A DNA stretch of 59,274 nt, filler included, from Dugesia japonica (taxonomy: Eukaryota): assembly GCA_001938525.1 (NCBI GenBank). It is 4 parts of 4 records of this genome, joined end to end, with 100 filler letters (N's around TTAATTAATTAA, not from the genome) between each part and the next. Parts side by side here need not be neighbours in the genome. Positions count along the whole stretch, not along the records: positions 1 to 15,991 come from MQRL01615381.1; 3 more parts are not named here. One strand, written 5' to 3'. The notes below the pieces were generated by a model that was given only the letters and a program-made list of their open reading frames with translations, had not been told where the DNA came from and did not search any database. Below, in pieces: positions 1-12,759 of this stretch. How positions within the stretch are numbered: the stretch's first letter is position 1; each line of letters begins with the position of its first letter. Made by a program: the position numbers and the translations under genes.

Positions 1-1229
1 AAAAATCTCTTTTTTCAAACTGATTAATGATGTATCTGAGATTTTTATATATTAATTGATTCTTAAAAATAATTGATTCAGTATTGATTGATTGTTCAAG
101 CTTATTTTAGTAATGATCATACTGTAGGCACATTTCTGAACCTTTACAGAATCCTAACTTAAAATATTAATAAAATAATTGAAAAATAAATCATAAGCTT
201 CTTGAAAAAGTTCAATTCATAATTGTAGTAATTCTGCGGCTTGATTTGATATCTATAGATGACGTATTATCCTTTGTAAGAGTAATGAATTTCAGTTTTT
301 AAAAAAACGAAATTATTAATAAAAAAATTTGCTTTATGTAGTAGTAAGTACATGTGTGTGTAATAAAGATGATGTGTGTTCCAATTTGATTCAGTAAAAT
401 AAACGATTCGTTGATTTAATTTTAATCATTATTAAATATTTTTAAACTTATATATTATTAATATTGCCAGGGGATTATTAATATTAATATTGACCGTGAT
501 CAACTAATGTTGTTATTTTTTGGAACGCAAATTCACATAATTACTTAAAAAATGGTATTTATTTTTAAAAAAAATCTTTTAATTTGAATTAAAAATTTCA
601 AAAGATTTAAATAAAAAAATTATTTAATATCACTTAATTTTAACAAAAATAAATAATTTCATCTTATTTAAACAAAAACTCATCAATTCAAACAAAAATT
701 ACAATTACATAAAAAATATCATTACATAACCGTTACATAATGTTTCTATAACCATGTTATTATTACGTTATCAACACACCGATGTTTACGTTATTTCCTT
801 GTCGTAAAATTACCTAACCACTTACTGACTAATTTTTAGTACTATATAAAATAATAAATCTGAACTAAATTTTCAAGATAAATACATAAAAATCTAAAAT
901 AAGCGTGCATTTTATAAAATAATCACTTAATTCCTTAACACCTACAGAAAAATTGATGAATAAAACATTATAAAGAAAAATTGTATAACACTAAAATATT
1001 AATATTGAAATAAGACTACATAACGCTTGATTTGTTTATTTAACGATGATATTATAACAGAGCAAACAATTAAACAGCTTATTGAAATACGTTTTTATTT
1101 TCATCTTTTTAAATAGGAACAGCCAACGCTAATTGGTCAATAGGAAGTTTGCAAAATTCAAAATGATTAAGAATATATGTTGTAATGACAAATAACATGA
1201 TTTGAATACTTCTTTTAACATTTAAATAC

Positions 1230-4200
1230 TGTAAGGAAATAATTAATAATTTCAGCAAATAGAAAACGATTAAAGTAACAATATTTATTATTTCTATTTA
1301 CTTATAATCATATTAATCAGTCTTCTGTGTTAATTGTGAAATGAATATGTCTACAAATAATTATTTTGATCTCGAAAATAAATTATCATTTTAAGATTTA
1401 CCTAATATGTTGGCTTTATTAGGTATTAATAATTAGAATTATTATAATTATAATTATTATAATTATTATAATTATTAGTATTATAATTATTAGTATTATT
1501 ATTACTGATTCTATTACAGATAGGTTATTACCAAATGTATTCTACAGATGAGATGATATCGAAAAATTCATAAAGCGTTGTGAATTGTGCTTTGAGTCTA
1601 AAAGTAACCGGATGAAACAATAAGAGAGATTTGTCTCTTGTTTATTAGCTGAAGATTTGTTGGAAGAATATAAAAAGACGTTGAAAAGACTCTCTTACGT
1701 TTGACATTTTAGAAAGAGAAAGATGTTATCAAAGATTTTCAAGTTTTGATTGATTAAAGCTTGGAAATGAAGAGAATTAAGATTTTTTAAGAATGTAAAA
1801 AGATTTAGTGAAAAGAATATTTGCAAATAAAAATTTTACTGAGGGAAAATTGATGGCAAAAATATTTTTCAGATATTAAAAATGCTGAAGAAGAAGTTAC
1901 TCTGCGGAAATGACAGAATATAGAATAAATTTAAGAAACAATGAAATTAGTAGATCAAATAAAATATTGAAGAGATAAAGTTGATTCAAAGTTACGCCAG
2001 AGTTACAAGGATAAATTATCAGAAACTTGCAAATCATACAGCGAGTAGACATGTAGATCAAAGAAAGGAAAAACGAAATATCGAATGTTGGTTAAGTTAT
2101 AATATCGGTCATACAAAGGACATATAAATTGAGTTTTCCAGATAAAAAACCAACAAAATGCTTTGGTTATGGTAACGTTAGTCACATTAGATCGTTATAT
2201 CAAGAAGTGTGATGTAAACGAGGTTGGAAATTAGGGTTGAGCTTTTATCGTGTTTTAAATGTACTGGTAAAATGGTAAAAATTACAAAACTTACCGGTAA
2301 TATCTGTAAAAATGGTAAATTTATATAAATATTAATATACTAGTGAGAAATAGTTATACTAATAATATACGAGTTGTGTTCAGTAAATAATTCAAACAGA
2401 GAAATAAAAAATGTTATGTAATATGTATTAAAAAGTAGGATTTCAGAAAACACAATGTATCAAGAAGCTCATCACTAATTCTTGACCTAATTTCTTTCAA
2501 AAATAGTTCAGCATCTGAAAATGCCCGCTTTGACTCTACGCTGGTTGGAGGAATTGTTTCCAAAGTTTGAAACAATAGTTCAAGATTTGAGGTTCTCTTT
2601 CATGTTGCGTCAGCATTTATTTTGAAATAGCCTGGAATTCATCATGTGAGTTATGTCTTTGTTTTTTTGAAGAACGATTGATTGCATCTTCTAGCTCATC
2701 TTGAATTGAATGTTGGCATTTTTTTTGCTATTACTACTGTGCCACAATTTTCTAAGACTTCGGGATTCGTTGGAAACAGTCTGGACAGCATGTTCTAGGA
2801 TGTCTTTTGAAGTACAGACTTTGATGGCATATTGAAGGTTTTATGCTCCTCAATCTGGGAGAAGCATTCGAAATTTGAAAGGTATTTATACAAATTAACC
2901 AAATTAGTATGTCTTCTTTCGGCAAATCGTCTCAAAATAGCATCTTTCATTGATTTACAAAGAAGTGAATTCTTTTGTTGTAAATTATTAACAAGAAAAT
3001 TAAAGATTCCTTCTGCAGTAAGTAGAGTTGCATTTTGTTTNNNNNNNNNNNNNNNNNNNNNNNNNNNNNNNNNNNNNNNNNNNNNNNNNNNNNNNNNNNN
3101 NNNNNNNNNNNNNNNNNNNNNNNNNAAAAGTGGTGAAATATCTTTCAATACTTTGATTATTGGGTCCTTAATTTTTAAAAACTGTTGAATCAAAACTGTT
3201 CCATCTGGTCTTACAATCAAGAACAAGAGAAATTTTTCTTCCTTGTTGTTTCTTTACTTCTTATTGAAGTACATCATTTTAGACAGGGGATTTTCAAAAT
3301 AACTTGACAATTTTTTGAACTTTGTTGATGACAGACTGGAAGTAGATTTTAACCTCTGGGATTGATATGCTTTCATTCATGTCATCATCGAGAAGATCAG
3401 TGCTGTGCTCATCATCAGAACCGTCACTATTATCATCTTCCTCAGTGCAATAATTATCATCGAATTTATTTTCTTCTTTAGAACTGCTGCTTAAATTTTG
3501 AACTGTTTTGGCCAATTTCTCATGCAATACTTCCTCGACAGCCAAATAAATTGCATGTGAATAGCAAGTTTGATGTTCAGTAGGAATAAATTTTCAAAAC
3601 TTTACCATCACAGATGATCCATCAATAACAGAGCAAATGATATTATCTGTAATGTTTAATCCGAATTCTTCCAGTTTTTTCAGTCACAATTTCAAGTGCT
3701 TTATCTGCAGGAAGAGACCCAGATATTCTATTGAGCCCAAGATTTCATGTGATTATTCTTTTGATAAAATTGACAATAATAAATCTTTGATTTTAAAAGG
3801 AAGTATATTATTCTAGAGTAACTAAAAAACGTTGGCCACTTGACATCATTGAAATGAAATTGTCTTTAAGTTCATTCTTCACAAATCAAGCAAACGTTTT
3901 TATTAATTGAATAGCTTGTTTGTAGTTTTTAGGAAAATCATAACATTTTTAAAACATTGCTGATCGAATAAATAATCTTTTAACTATTGCATGGAAACTA
4001 AATCTGTCAAATGATGTCAGTTTTGAAATAACCTCTTCAATTGATTCTTTTTTAAAAAAGACTTTTGGAATTTTTGATACTCCGAAAATTTTTGTTGTTT
4101 CATTTTCCTTTTTTTGTTTGATTTTCCATGTGTTTTTTGTAAGTGATAACACATTCCAGTTGTAGAACCTATAAAATGGATTTTCGTACCACATAGTACA

Positions 4201-5560
4201 AGCACTATTGCATCCCTTTGTATCTTTTAAAAAATATTTCCAAACCTCTGACATTTTAAAATTAATCAATATAATTATAATAATTTTGGAAATCAGTAGA
4301 AAANNNNNNNNNNNNNNNNNNNNNNNNNNNNNNNNNNNNNNNNNNNNNNNNNNTAAGTGATAACACATTCCAGTTGTAGAACCTATAAAATGGATTTTCG
4401 TACCAGATAGTACAAGCACTATTGCATCCCTTTGTATCTTTTATAAAAATATTTCCAAACCTCTGACATTTTTAAATTAATCAATATAATTATAATAATT
4501 TTGGAAATCAGTAGAAAAATATTTGCAAATTTACCAGTAAATAATCGGTAAAAGCTCAATCCCAGTTGGAATGATGGACATAAGACAGAAAAGTGTTACA
4601 CAAATTTGAAAATGAAAAGAACAACTGGAAATGTCAGGAAATCAATAAAATTGATTTTAAGATAAATATATCAATAAAAAAAATATATACGAGAAAGTAT
4701 ATGAAAGCAATTTCGGAAAACATTAGCTGAAAGACAGGACTCCATCAGTAGAAGAGTTGGTTCAATTAGATAAATGGGATGTAGGATTCACACATCTAAC
4801 AAAACACAAAAATAACCACAAGTGGTGAATCAATCAATGTTAAACTGTACAGGCAACCAATGAACTTAGAGACTAACATGAAAGAAGCTAGCCAAAATCT
4901 ATTTGAAAATAATATTATGTATGGAATACTCTATTGATCTTTGTTTGGGAAAAGGAAAATAAAAATATTAGAATATGTTTGGATTTTAGACANTTGAATG
5001 CAGTAACAAAAGGACAAGTATTTACTATGCTTAACTTTGATGAAATACTTGACAAGTTAGATGTAGCAAAATATTTCAGTTCAATAGATTTGATAAATGC
5101 GTACTAAAGTAGTAGGAGTAATTAATAGAGCTATGACATGTCAAAATGACATTATAATATTTACAAACTATAAAGATCAATACTTTAAAGTAATTGATTC
5201 AAGTTCAACATGGTATTGCAAATATATTATGTAGATCAAGATGTGAGGTATGTATACAGTGTCAAATATCACATGAAGATGCTAAAAAATGAAGATTAAA
5301 ACAATAGTATTGAGCACAATTGAAAAGAAAATATAAAAGCAAATAAAAACTTTTGAAAAAAAGATGTAATCAAGAAAATAAAAATCCCAGTTGACAAAAT
5401 ACATGAAACAATAGAAGAAATACACATATTATTACGCCATGCAGGAGTTTAAAAGGTGTACAAATATATGAAAGATAAGTATATTGTGAAGAATTTGTGG
5501 AGCTAAATACAGAAAATAGTTCGTAGCTGTGAAACCTTCCAGAAAGGTAAAGAAGTGACA
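1230..5560 (+). mobile_element. Degenerate Ty3/Gypsy LTR retrotransposon (gag-pol remnant), interrupted by a hAT insertion
   Basis: Gag-like DDIEKFIKRCELCF (~1555) and decayed zinc knuckles (KCFGYGNVSHIRS ~2157; KC...GHKTEKC split by the hAT). RT motifs ICLDFRxLNAVTK...DEILDKLDVAKYFSSIDL at 4970-5100; integrase H-x4-HAG...IVRSC at 5420-5540. Possible LTR TGTAAG(1230)..TTACA(1518) is weakly supported. Many stops. Confidence 0.8.
2232..4564 (-). mobile_element. hAT-superfamily DNA transposon, both ends present, decayed transposase
   Basis: TIRs TAGGGTTGAGCTTTTATCG (2232-2250) and CGGTAAAAGCTCAATCCCA (4546-4564) match at 16/19. Flanks GTTGGAAAT and GTTGGAAT form a near-perfect 8-bp TSD. BED-finger start MSEVWKYF...LCGTK...STTGMCYHLQKTH; CYSHAIYLAV motif; C-terminal IPPTSVESKRAFS dimerisation-type motif. 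Confidence 0.92.
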
Positions 5561-5951
5561 GTTGGTAGATGTGTCAACATGACACCACTAATTTGATTTG
5601 CCCATTTTTTTAAACCACGTTTTTGATTGGTTACTTGAAAAATATTTTCAGATGAAAACTGGTAAGTCTAACTTGGCATGGGTTATCGTGGATATATTGA
5701 TTTTTTAATTATTGATCGGATCAAAATCGAAAAATAATTTTTGTTGTTTTTATTCACGGGGGATTTTGTGGGAATATAAAACTTTGTTTTAATTTTTTTG
5801 AACTTTTAAAAAAATTGTTTACTGTAGATATTGTTGGTATTGAGCTTCAACGGTAAATATTAATGAAAAGCAATTTTGATTCACATAGACTTTATACAAA
5901 TCTACTGTAAATCATACGTGACTTATATTGCACCCAACATGTTAAAACTAT

Positions 5952-6190
5952 TTAAAAATCAATATATACTTTATTTTCTTGTGTTTCACATCCTTTTAGC
6001 CAAAATAAAAGCATGTTTTCAGCCATTTTATTTAATCCTCTGTCCTGATTGTGTAATTTAATAGATTCCATTCTAGTTTCTGTTACCCCTAAATGTAAAC
6101 CAAGATCCCACCAATTAGAACCAATTTTTCCGCATATTACTTTTATAATTGAAAGACAGTTTCCTAAAGTTGAAAAAATACAAATCATAT
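5952..6190 (-). CDS. Death-domain-like exon of a probable UPA/death-domain protein (DTHD1/PIDD/ankyrin-like); may be a pseudogene
   Basis: IGSNWWDLGLHLGV...ESIKLHN...MAENMLLFWL fits the death-domain pattern. Splice acceptor TTTTATATTTCAG immediately upstream (6191). Frame ends before a clear last helix. Confidence 0.6.
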
Positions 6191-6888
6191 CTGAAATATA
6201 AAAATATATTTTTACTTAAATTATATTGTGCGATCTTTATTATTTAAATACAATGTTATTTATATTTATTTCAAATGTTTTTAACTTAATATTTACGAAG
6301 CATTTGTTAAATTAGCATTTGAATTTTAACTTAATATAAATTCNGCCTCCTTCAATGTTAGAGAACATTGTAATTAAATTTTGAAACTATCATGTCATTT
6401 CTTTTATTTGATAAATTTTGGTCGTTTTTACTGCGTTTTTATCTGCATTTAAATAAAATGTTTTTGATCGGAGGTGTGGAATTCATTATTGATTAACACT
6501 TAGCATTATTTTCGCGTACTTAATACTTGTATTTCTGACGATCATTATGTTTTATTTTGTAAAAAGAGTCATTTTAGTCAAGGGATAAATACTCTTGACC
6601 ATATATATTGTTAGGTAATTTTTCAATTGATTATTTTATTTTCAAAATCTCAACTACTTTTAGACATAATTTATTTCAATTCAAACAGCTATCGCACTTA
6701 TGTTATCATATGATAATAGAACCATTAAAATAATATAAACTTAAATCGCTTTCTATAGGTTAAAAGTATTACTTAATAATTAATTCCTCATATATATAAT
6801 CCATAATTTGTGCACTTTCCGAAAACATAATATTTTAAAATTTTAATTATTTATTTTTCTAGAAAATATTTTTAAAATAAAAGCTTAC

Positions 6889-7141
6889 TATAATTCTTAA
6901 ATTTAAATTGGTAATCAACAAATGATGAAATCAGAGGTAACTTTCGCTTGCTAATACAAATTAGTAAGTGACATATCATCACATTTTCTTCTGCCCAAGT
7001 ATATTGAATTTGATTCTTTCTAATTTTACTGTCAACACTATTTATAGGTCTTTTCACAAGTGACGTAGTATACAAATTTAAATAGCCTCTAAATGTTAAT
7101 ACTGCACGCTGAGCATATGGATCTACTTCTTGAACTCTAAA
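6889..7141 (-). CDS. Exon encoding a UPA-like segment, upstream of the death-domain exon (same gene inferred)
   Basis: FRVQEVDPYAQRAVLTFRGYLNLY...ICHLLICISK resembles the UPA region of ZU5-UPA-DD proteins. Bounded by an AG acceptor (7142-7143) and a GTAAGC donor (6888). Confidence 0.5.
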
Positions 7142-10100
7142 CTGAATATATTTATTATTAATAAAAAGTGTATGCTTAGAAATATACAAATATGAAAAGA
7201 GTATTTATTTATTTTAAAATGATTGATGTTTTAAAATTATTATATATAATAAAAACGCTATTCTGTGTATCATAAGATATCGAGTTTTTGCATTGTTTGA
7301 CCAAACTATTCATGATAGCTTGGTAAAGTTAAGAAGTACAATGCAGATTTTTTATGACAAACCAAACGCTATATAAAACTTTCATGAAACATTTGCGTTT
7401 CAAAAATATATTGATAAAATATTTCAGTCAGCCATCAAAACATGAATTATTTGATAAAAAATAGTGAACACAGTCAATAACATCAATTTTTTCCGTTTCT
7501 TTTTGATTTAATTAATTAATATTAATCAAGTCATTTAAATTATTTTCATTGTTTTATCCAGTAGTTTGAGAATTATTGTTATCACATTTAAAATTTTTTT
7601 TCTATCAAGATTTATTGGCTTACAAATTAAATGTAGAAATAAAATGCCATCAAGAAAAAACCAAATTACGAAACAAAATTACGAAACACGGCTACACGTA
7701 ATGAACAACAATTAGCAGAACAAAATCAAGTTGAAACTTCGTTAAGAAGACGAAACGTTAATCAAAGACATTGTCAGAATTATTTTAATAATTAATCTCA
7801 TGATCAGATGCAAGAAGATCAAACACAAAATCTTAAAAACTACATCGTTTTAATGAAACTGCCAAACAAGCATCAAATCGACGTTAAAGTGATTTTAAAA
7901 TGTTATCTATCATTAGGTTTTAAATTTTTTACAAAATACATGTTTGCTTTCTTTCATTTCAAAACGAATATTATCAAACTGCAGACAAAATAACTATGTA
8001 AGTTGAAAGTGTTCAATTAAGGTAAGAATAGCTGGAAATTGCCCTCACTAAGCATTTAAAAATCGAGAAACATTTTAACTTTAAATTAAACTATTTTTGT
8101 TCATATACTTAATTCTGAACAGTAGATGGATACTTGCTCACTGACACAGTACCCTCTCCCCATACCTTTCGACTTCATTAAAAAATTTAACAATTTCAAT
8201 GTGCTAGTATCCCAAGCATTTTGGTTAGAAAATATTTTTGAATCTGATTGGTCGAATCTTTGATCAAGAAGATTGAATTTTGAAATTTAAGTTTATAATT
8301 CTTTTGCACAATTTTTAATTTATGGTTTTGGTACCAATTAACTTAAAATTAAAAACTGAACATGTTTTGTATAGGGTTTGCTGTATAAATATACTTTGTT
8401 CTAGGTGGAAAATGAGTAGTGCACTGGAGCACTTTAACTTGTTAAATAAATTTCTTGGTCAGAACGCATTGTATTGCTTTGTGCTTAGTACGATTCAGTT
8501 CTGAGCATGAAGTCCTGAACATATTTTATGTAGAGTATAGTAACTTGTTAATCATATATTGTTTATAGGTATAAAAAATAATATATAAGTAAATAATAAC
8601 ATTACCATTAACAAATCTTAATAAATAAGTTAACAAGTTGCTTTTTTATTGCATTTTGCATCATGTATACACATTATTGCGTTAATCGAAGTCACAATGA
8701 AGATTTTCATGAGAAAATGGAAAAATACTATGGTATTTTTCATTACGGAAAGAAATAATATATTTGTCCTTCATGTGAAACATTAAGTTCAGACATATAC
8801 GATGAATTTTATAAGACTCATACACACCATTTATCGCCATTTATTAAATATAATAAGAAAGAATTATTACTTAAAGTATTTGATAAAGATAAAATAGTTG
8901 CTCTACTCTATAAGAAATCTAAACTTGGGGTTAATAAAGTAAGCATTAATGATTATGACATTTATGTTGCTCCAGTTGTTAATCCGGTTGTTGATTTGAT
9001 ATAGTTAATAATCCGACTGTTGATCTAGTTGGTTGTTCTTCTTAAGGAAATAGGTGATGAAGAGGTGGTTTCCAAAGATGAGGAAATAAATGCAGATAAA
9101 TTGTATAATATTCAAGCAGGTGGTTTCGTTTATTAAACTGCAATTGAAACCGACTCGTATTGCTGTTAACAAATATTGAAGCTTGATTTTTTGAGATTCA
9201 ATATGAGATAATTCTACCTGTTAATTTGATCCAGAGTTTATTTACGATAATTGATGAACTGAAGTATGTTAAGATCCAGTTTGGAATTCATATGTAATTT
9301 ATTAGGGATGATAAGATTAAGACCTGTAGGTTATCGAATAGTCTGATAAATTTATTTATATTTATTTGTAAGTAGTATAAAAGTGTTTAAAAATTTTCGG
9401 GAGGGGGAGAGTGGTATGTGTGGAAAGAGAATTAATTTTCGGTTTCAAAAAGATTTATTTGAAATTTTTCGGGCATGTGGTTATGACGTCATTATCTTTT
9501 GAAATCTTTATTTGGGTTAAAAATGCTGTACTTTGCATAAAATGATGAATGTGATGAAAGTAATGGTATTTTTGTAAAAATGATGTATTTTTGAGTATTT
9601 TTTGAGTATTTTTGAACAAGGAAGAGTTGTTTTTAATATTTTTTGAACCGGGAAGAGGGGAGTCTTGATATTATTTTTTGGCGGGANNNNNNNNNNTTTT
9701 TTTATTTTAGCGAGAAATTCACTTAAATTTAAATAAATTTAATTATATTTTTTAGCAGAATTTATATTTATGTATGAGATGGGGTAGTCTTGATATTTTT
9801 AAAAGAAATTGAGGCATTATTGATTTTTTAAACACATTTTTCCTTTAGATGGGACAGTCTTGATATTTTGCAAGGGATGGGACAGTTTAAAATTATAGGC
9901 ATGTGATTTTCAGTGTATGCCTGTTGCATCTGAGTTGCATTTGACTTGCATACCTATTGAATTAATTTTTTTAAAAAATCAGTAAAATTCCCAGGTGTTA
10001 CTGTATTGCGATCATATTGCATCCATATTGCATTTATTATTAAAACATTGAGGTAGTATTATTACTTTTTTATACTATAGCAAGATATTAGGCAGTCTAA

Positions 10101-10439
10101 AATTAATATGATAAAATATTCAAAGAGGTGAATCTTCGTGATATTAACAAGATAAAATATATCTTTTAAGAATATTTAAATTAAAACGTTTCTTTATAAG
10201 ATGATAAAAACATAGAACTATTTTCATATAAACTAGGTAATGTTTCTATAAAAAACATATTAGTCACGTAATGTTTCCATAAAAAACATATATGGAGTGA
10301 CGAGTTTCAATAAAAATAACATATATGGGGTGACAATTTTCTATACAAAATGATAAAAACATAATACTTTTCCAATTGCAATTATTACGAGAATAATTGT
10401 TGGATAAATTTAAATTTTGTCTGATAAATGTTTAGAAGA

Positions 10440-10930
10440 AGAAATAAAACAATTAAATGAGAAGATAGTAGTAATGTCTGAACTATGAAGTAATTGGATT
10501 CTTAGTAGCATATTGAATATTAAATTTAAAATTAGTGATCTAAGCAGGTTGTCGGGAAGTAGTTTTATTTCAAACATCAGAAATCCTTGTGAAAACAGCT
10601 ATTCATAATATTCTAAACAAAGACAATATGTGTTTCATTTAAGTATTCTGGTTATACTTAAAGAAAATATAATTAAAAAGAATAATTATCGAGCATTCGA
10701 AATATAGTATATATAGGAGAACTCGTATTTTATGAGGCAGTTAAGTTGGCTAATATTCCGAAGTTATAGAAACATCTTGCAGGACATGTCTTGTCTTGGA
10801 ATATTAATTTAATAGAAGATACCGACGATGAATTTCCTATAAAGCATCCCCATTTGGATATAATTCATAAGAATGAAGGGGGGCAGAAAATAATTATTTT
10901 ATCATTATCAATTTTTATCGTATGATTTCA
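10440..10930 (+). pseudogene. N-terminal fragment of Polinton protein-primed DNA polymerase B
   Basis: SNWILSSILNIKFKISDLSRLSGSSFI...IHNILNKDNMCFI*SIL matches the GSGW...GSYI...INIxNxDxxCFxWSILA pattern; a similar piece lies at ~9170-9430. Confidence 0.7.
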
Positions 10931-11037
10931 AATTTGGTATCATTTAACTCGGAATTAAAAACTGAACATTTTTGTATATGCTTTTCTATATGAATACTTT
11001 TAGTTTCTAAGATAACGGTATGTCAGTACTGGATTAG

Positions 11038-11543
11038 TTAACCTTGAGGTTTCTCAATTAAACTGTCCAAATCTGACATTATATTATAAACTTGATTTTG
11101 ATATAAATTCTTGAGACCAAGAAATATAAATTTTCAACTAGCAAATACATTAAAACATGTAGGATTGTATTTAGTAAGTATCATTGCTGGAAATAATTTG
11201 GGTTCATACATAGACTTAGTTATTCTTGCTAATTAACTGATTGATTCAAATTGACGACAATAGTTAACGATTGTAACTGAATGTTTTTAATGTCATACTG
11301 TAAAGTGCTTCATTTTTATTAGTTTCTTGCATCCCATAATTTTGCAATTTCCTGATTAAAAGAAAATAGTCATATACTTTATACTTTTATCAACGATTTG
11401 TGATGATTTACCGATAGGCAATTTAATTTTACTGGTGATTTCTTGAGATATTTGTTCATTATAATTAATATAATGTGCTTGTTGTAAATAATTCGTTTTA
11501 ACAATATAAAAAAAGTTCTAAATTATTAATTTTTAAAATGCAT
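11038..11543 (-). pseudogene. TATA-binding-protein (TBP)-like gene inside the Polinton relic
   Basis: Two TBP-type repeats: TIFF*SGNCKIMGCK (cf. TALIFSSGKMVCTGAK) and MYEPKLFPAMILTKYNPTCFNVFAS*KFIFLGLK (cf. YEPELFPGLIYRM..PRIVLLIFVSGKVVLTGAK), then a terminal helix QNQVYNIMSDLDSLIEK. Confidence 0.75.
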
Positions 11544-12129
11544 AAATTAAGAAATTATACTGTATATCAAATATTGGGCCCCAGCGGTAGTGGAAATAAA
11601 CTATTTGTATGTAAATTATGGAAATCCAATGTATTTAAATAAATTTCAAAAACGTTTACTGGCATAGAGCGGCAGATGAAGAGCATGGATTGACTAAATT
11701 ATAGATAAATTTGATGATAATTGGAGCAAATGAATGAAACCATGTGATGTAATTGTTGTTGATGATCTATACCTGGAAGCAAACAAGAAAAATGACTTTA
11801 ACAATTTATTCACAAAAATATCAACATATTGTAATGTGACTATGATTTTCATTACTCAAAATCTGTTTCATTAAGGAGTTGGTCATATAACCAGTCATTT
11901 AAATGTACAATACATATTTAAAAGTCCAAGACATAAAACAGTGGTTGTTTTTCTAGCAAGACAGGCGTATCCTAATAATAGAAAATTCTTTATGGATTCA
12001 TTCAAGGATACAATAGTAAATCCACATGGGTATTTTTTTGAATTTGTCCAGGTGACCAATGTCCAGATGAACTTAGAGTTAGATGTGATATTTTCAATCA
12101 AAGTGGAATTACAGTATATAAACAATTGA
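11538..12129 (+). pseudogene. Polinton DNA-packaging ATPase (A32/FtsK-like)
   Basis: Walker A GPSGSG (~11577), Walker B VIVVDD, FITQNLF, FKSPR...FLARQAYP...PHGY; frameshifted. Confidence 0.9.
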
Positions 12130-12457
12130 ACAAATAAAGTAATTATTTGATTATAAAATTTCTGAACTTAAAAAAGTTTTGGTTGATCAGGTAAACGATG
12201 GTTTTATAAACGAGAATAGTTCAAAATTGAAAGGTAAAAAGCTAGCTATAAAAAACAAGAAACAAACAAAGAAGAATTCAATAAAAAAGAAGAGAAAGAA
12301 GAAGAATACAAAGAGGAAGCATATAACAAATAAACAGGTAAGGAAACAGTTAAACAAGTTAAAAAACTATCAAAAAGCTTTGAAAAGAAAATTCCAAATG
12401 TTAATGGAAATGGATCAAGTTATAAACAATCTGTCTGTTTGTATTTAAATAAACATT

Positions 12458-12750
12458 ATGAAATTTAAACAAAGTCTTCCGATTTTGAATATATTACTAA
12501 GGATTCCAAAATAGTCGACAAGTAAATTGTTACAGTTATTTCAAACATTTGTTATAGATGATTTGTTAGATATTATTGTGAATATTGTTCGTAGTAATTT
12601 AATTATAAGTAAATAAATATAGAATAACAACGTCATAAAAGTCATTTGTAAATACAAAAAATAGGAAATTGATGAGAAAAATAATATATAAACAAAAGGG
12701 GGGATTCCTTGCTGTTCTTTTACCAATTGTATTAGCAACATTAAGATAAG
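12458..12750 (+). pseudogene. Small Polinton protein with adenovirus pX-like GGFL motif
   Basis: TKGGFLAVLLPIVLAT at ~12692-12740, preceded by the helical segment IDDLLDIIVNIVRSNL; a Lys-rich ORF (12179-12448) lies upstream. Confidence 0.65.
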
Positions 12751-12759
12751 TAAATAAAC

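Noticed and set aside
4140-4520. Near-identical ~165-bp direct repeat flanking an N gap in the hAT
   Set aside because: Typical overlap of contig ends at a scaffold gap; probably an assembly artefact.
7620-7990. Arg/Gln-rich start resembling a Helitron N-terminus
   Set aside because: Too short and decayed; no Rep or helicase motifs.
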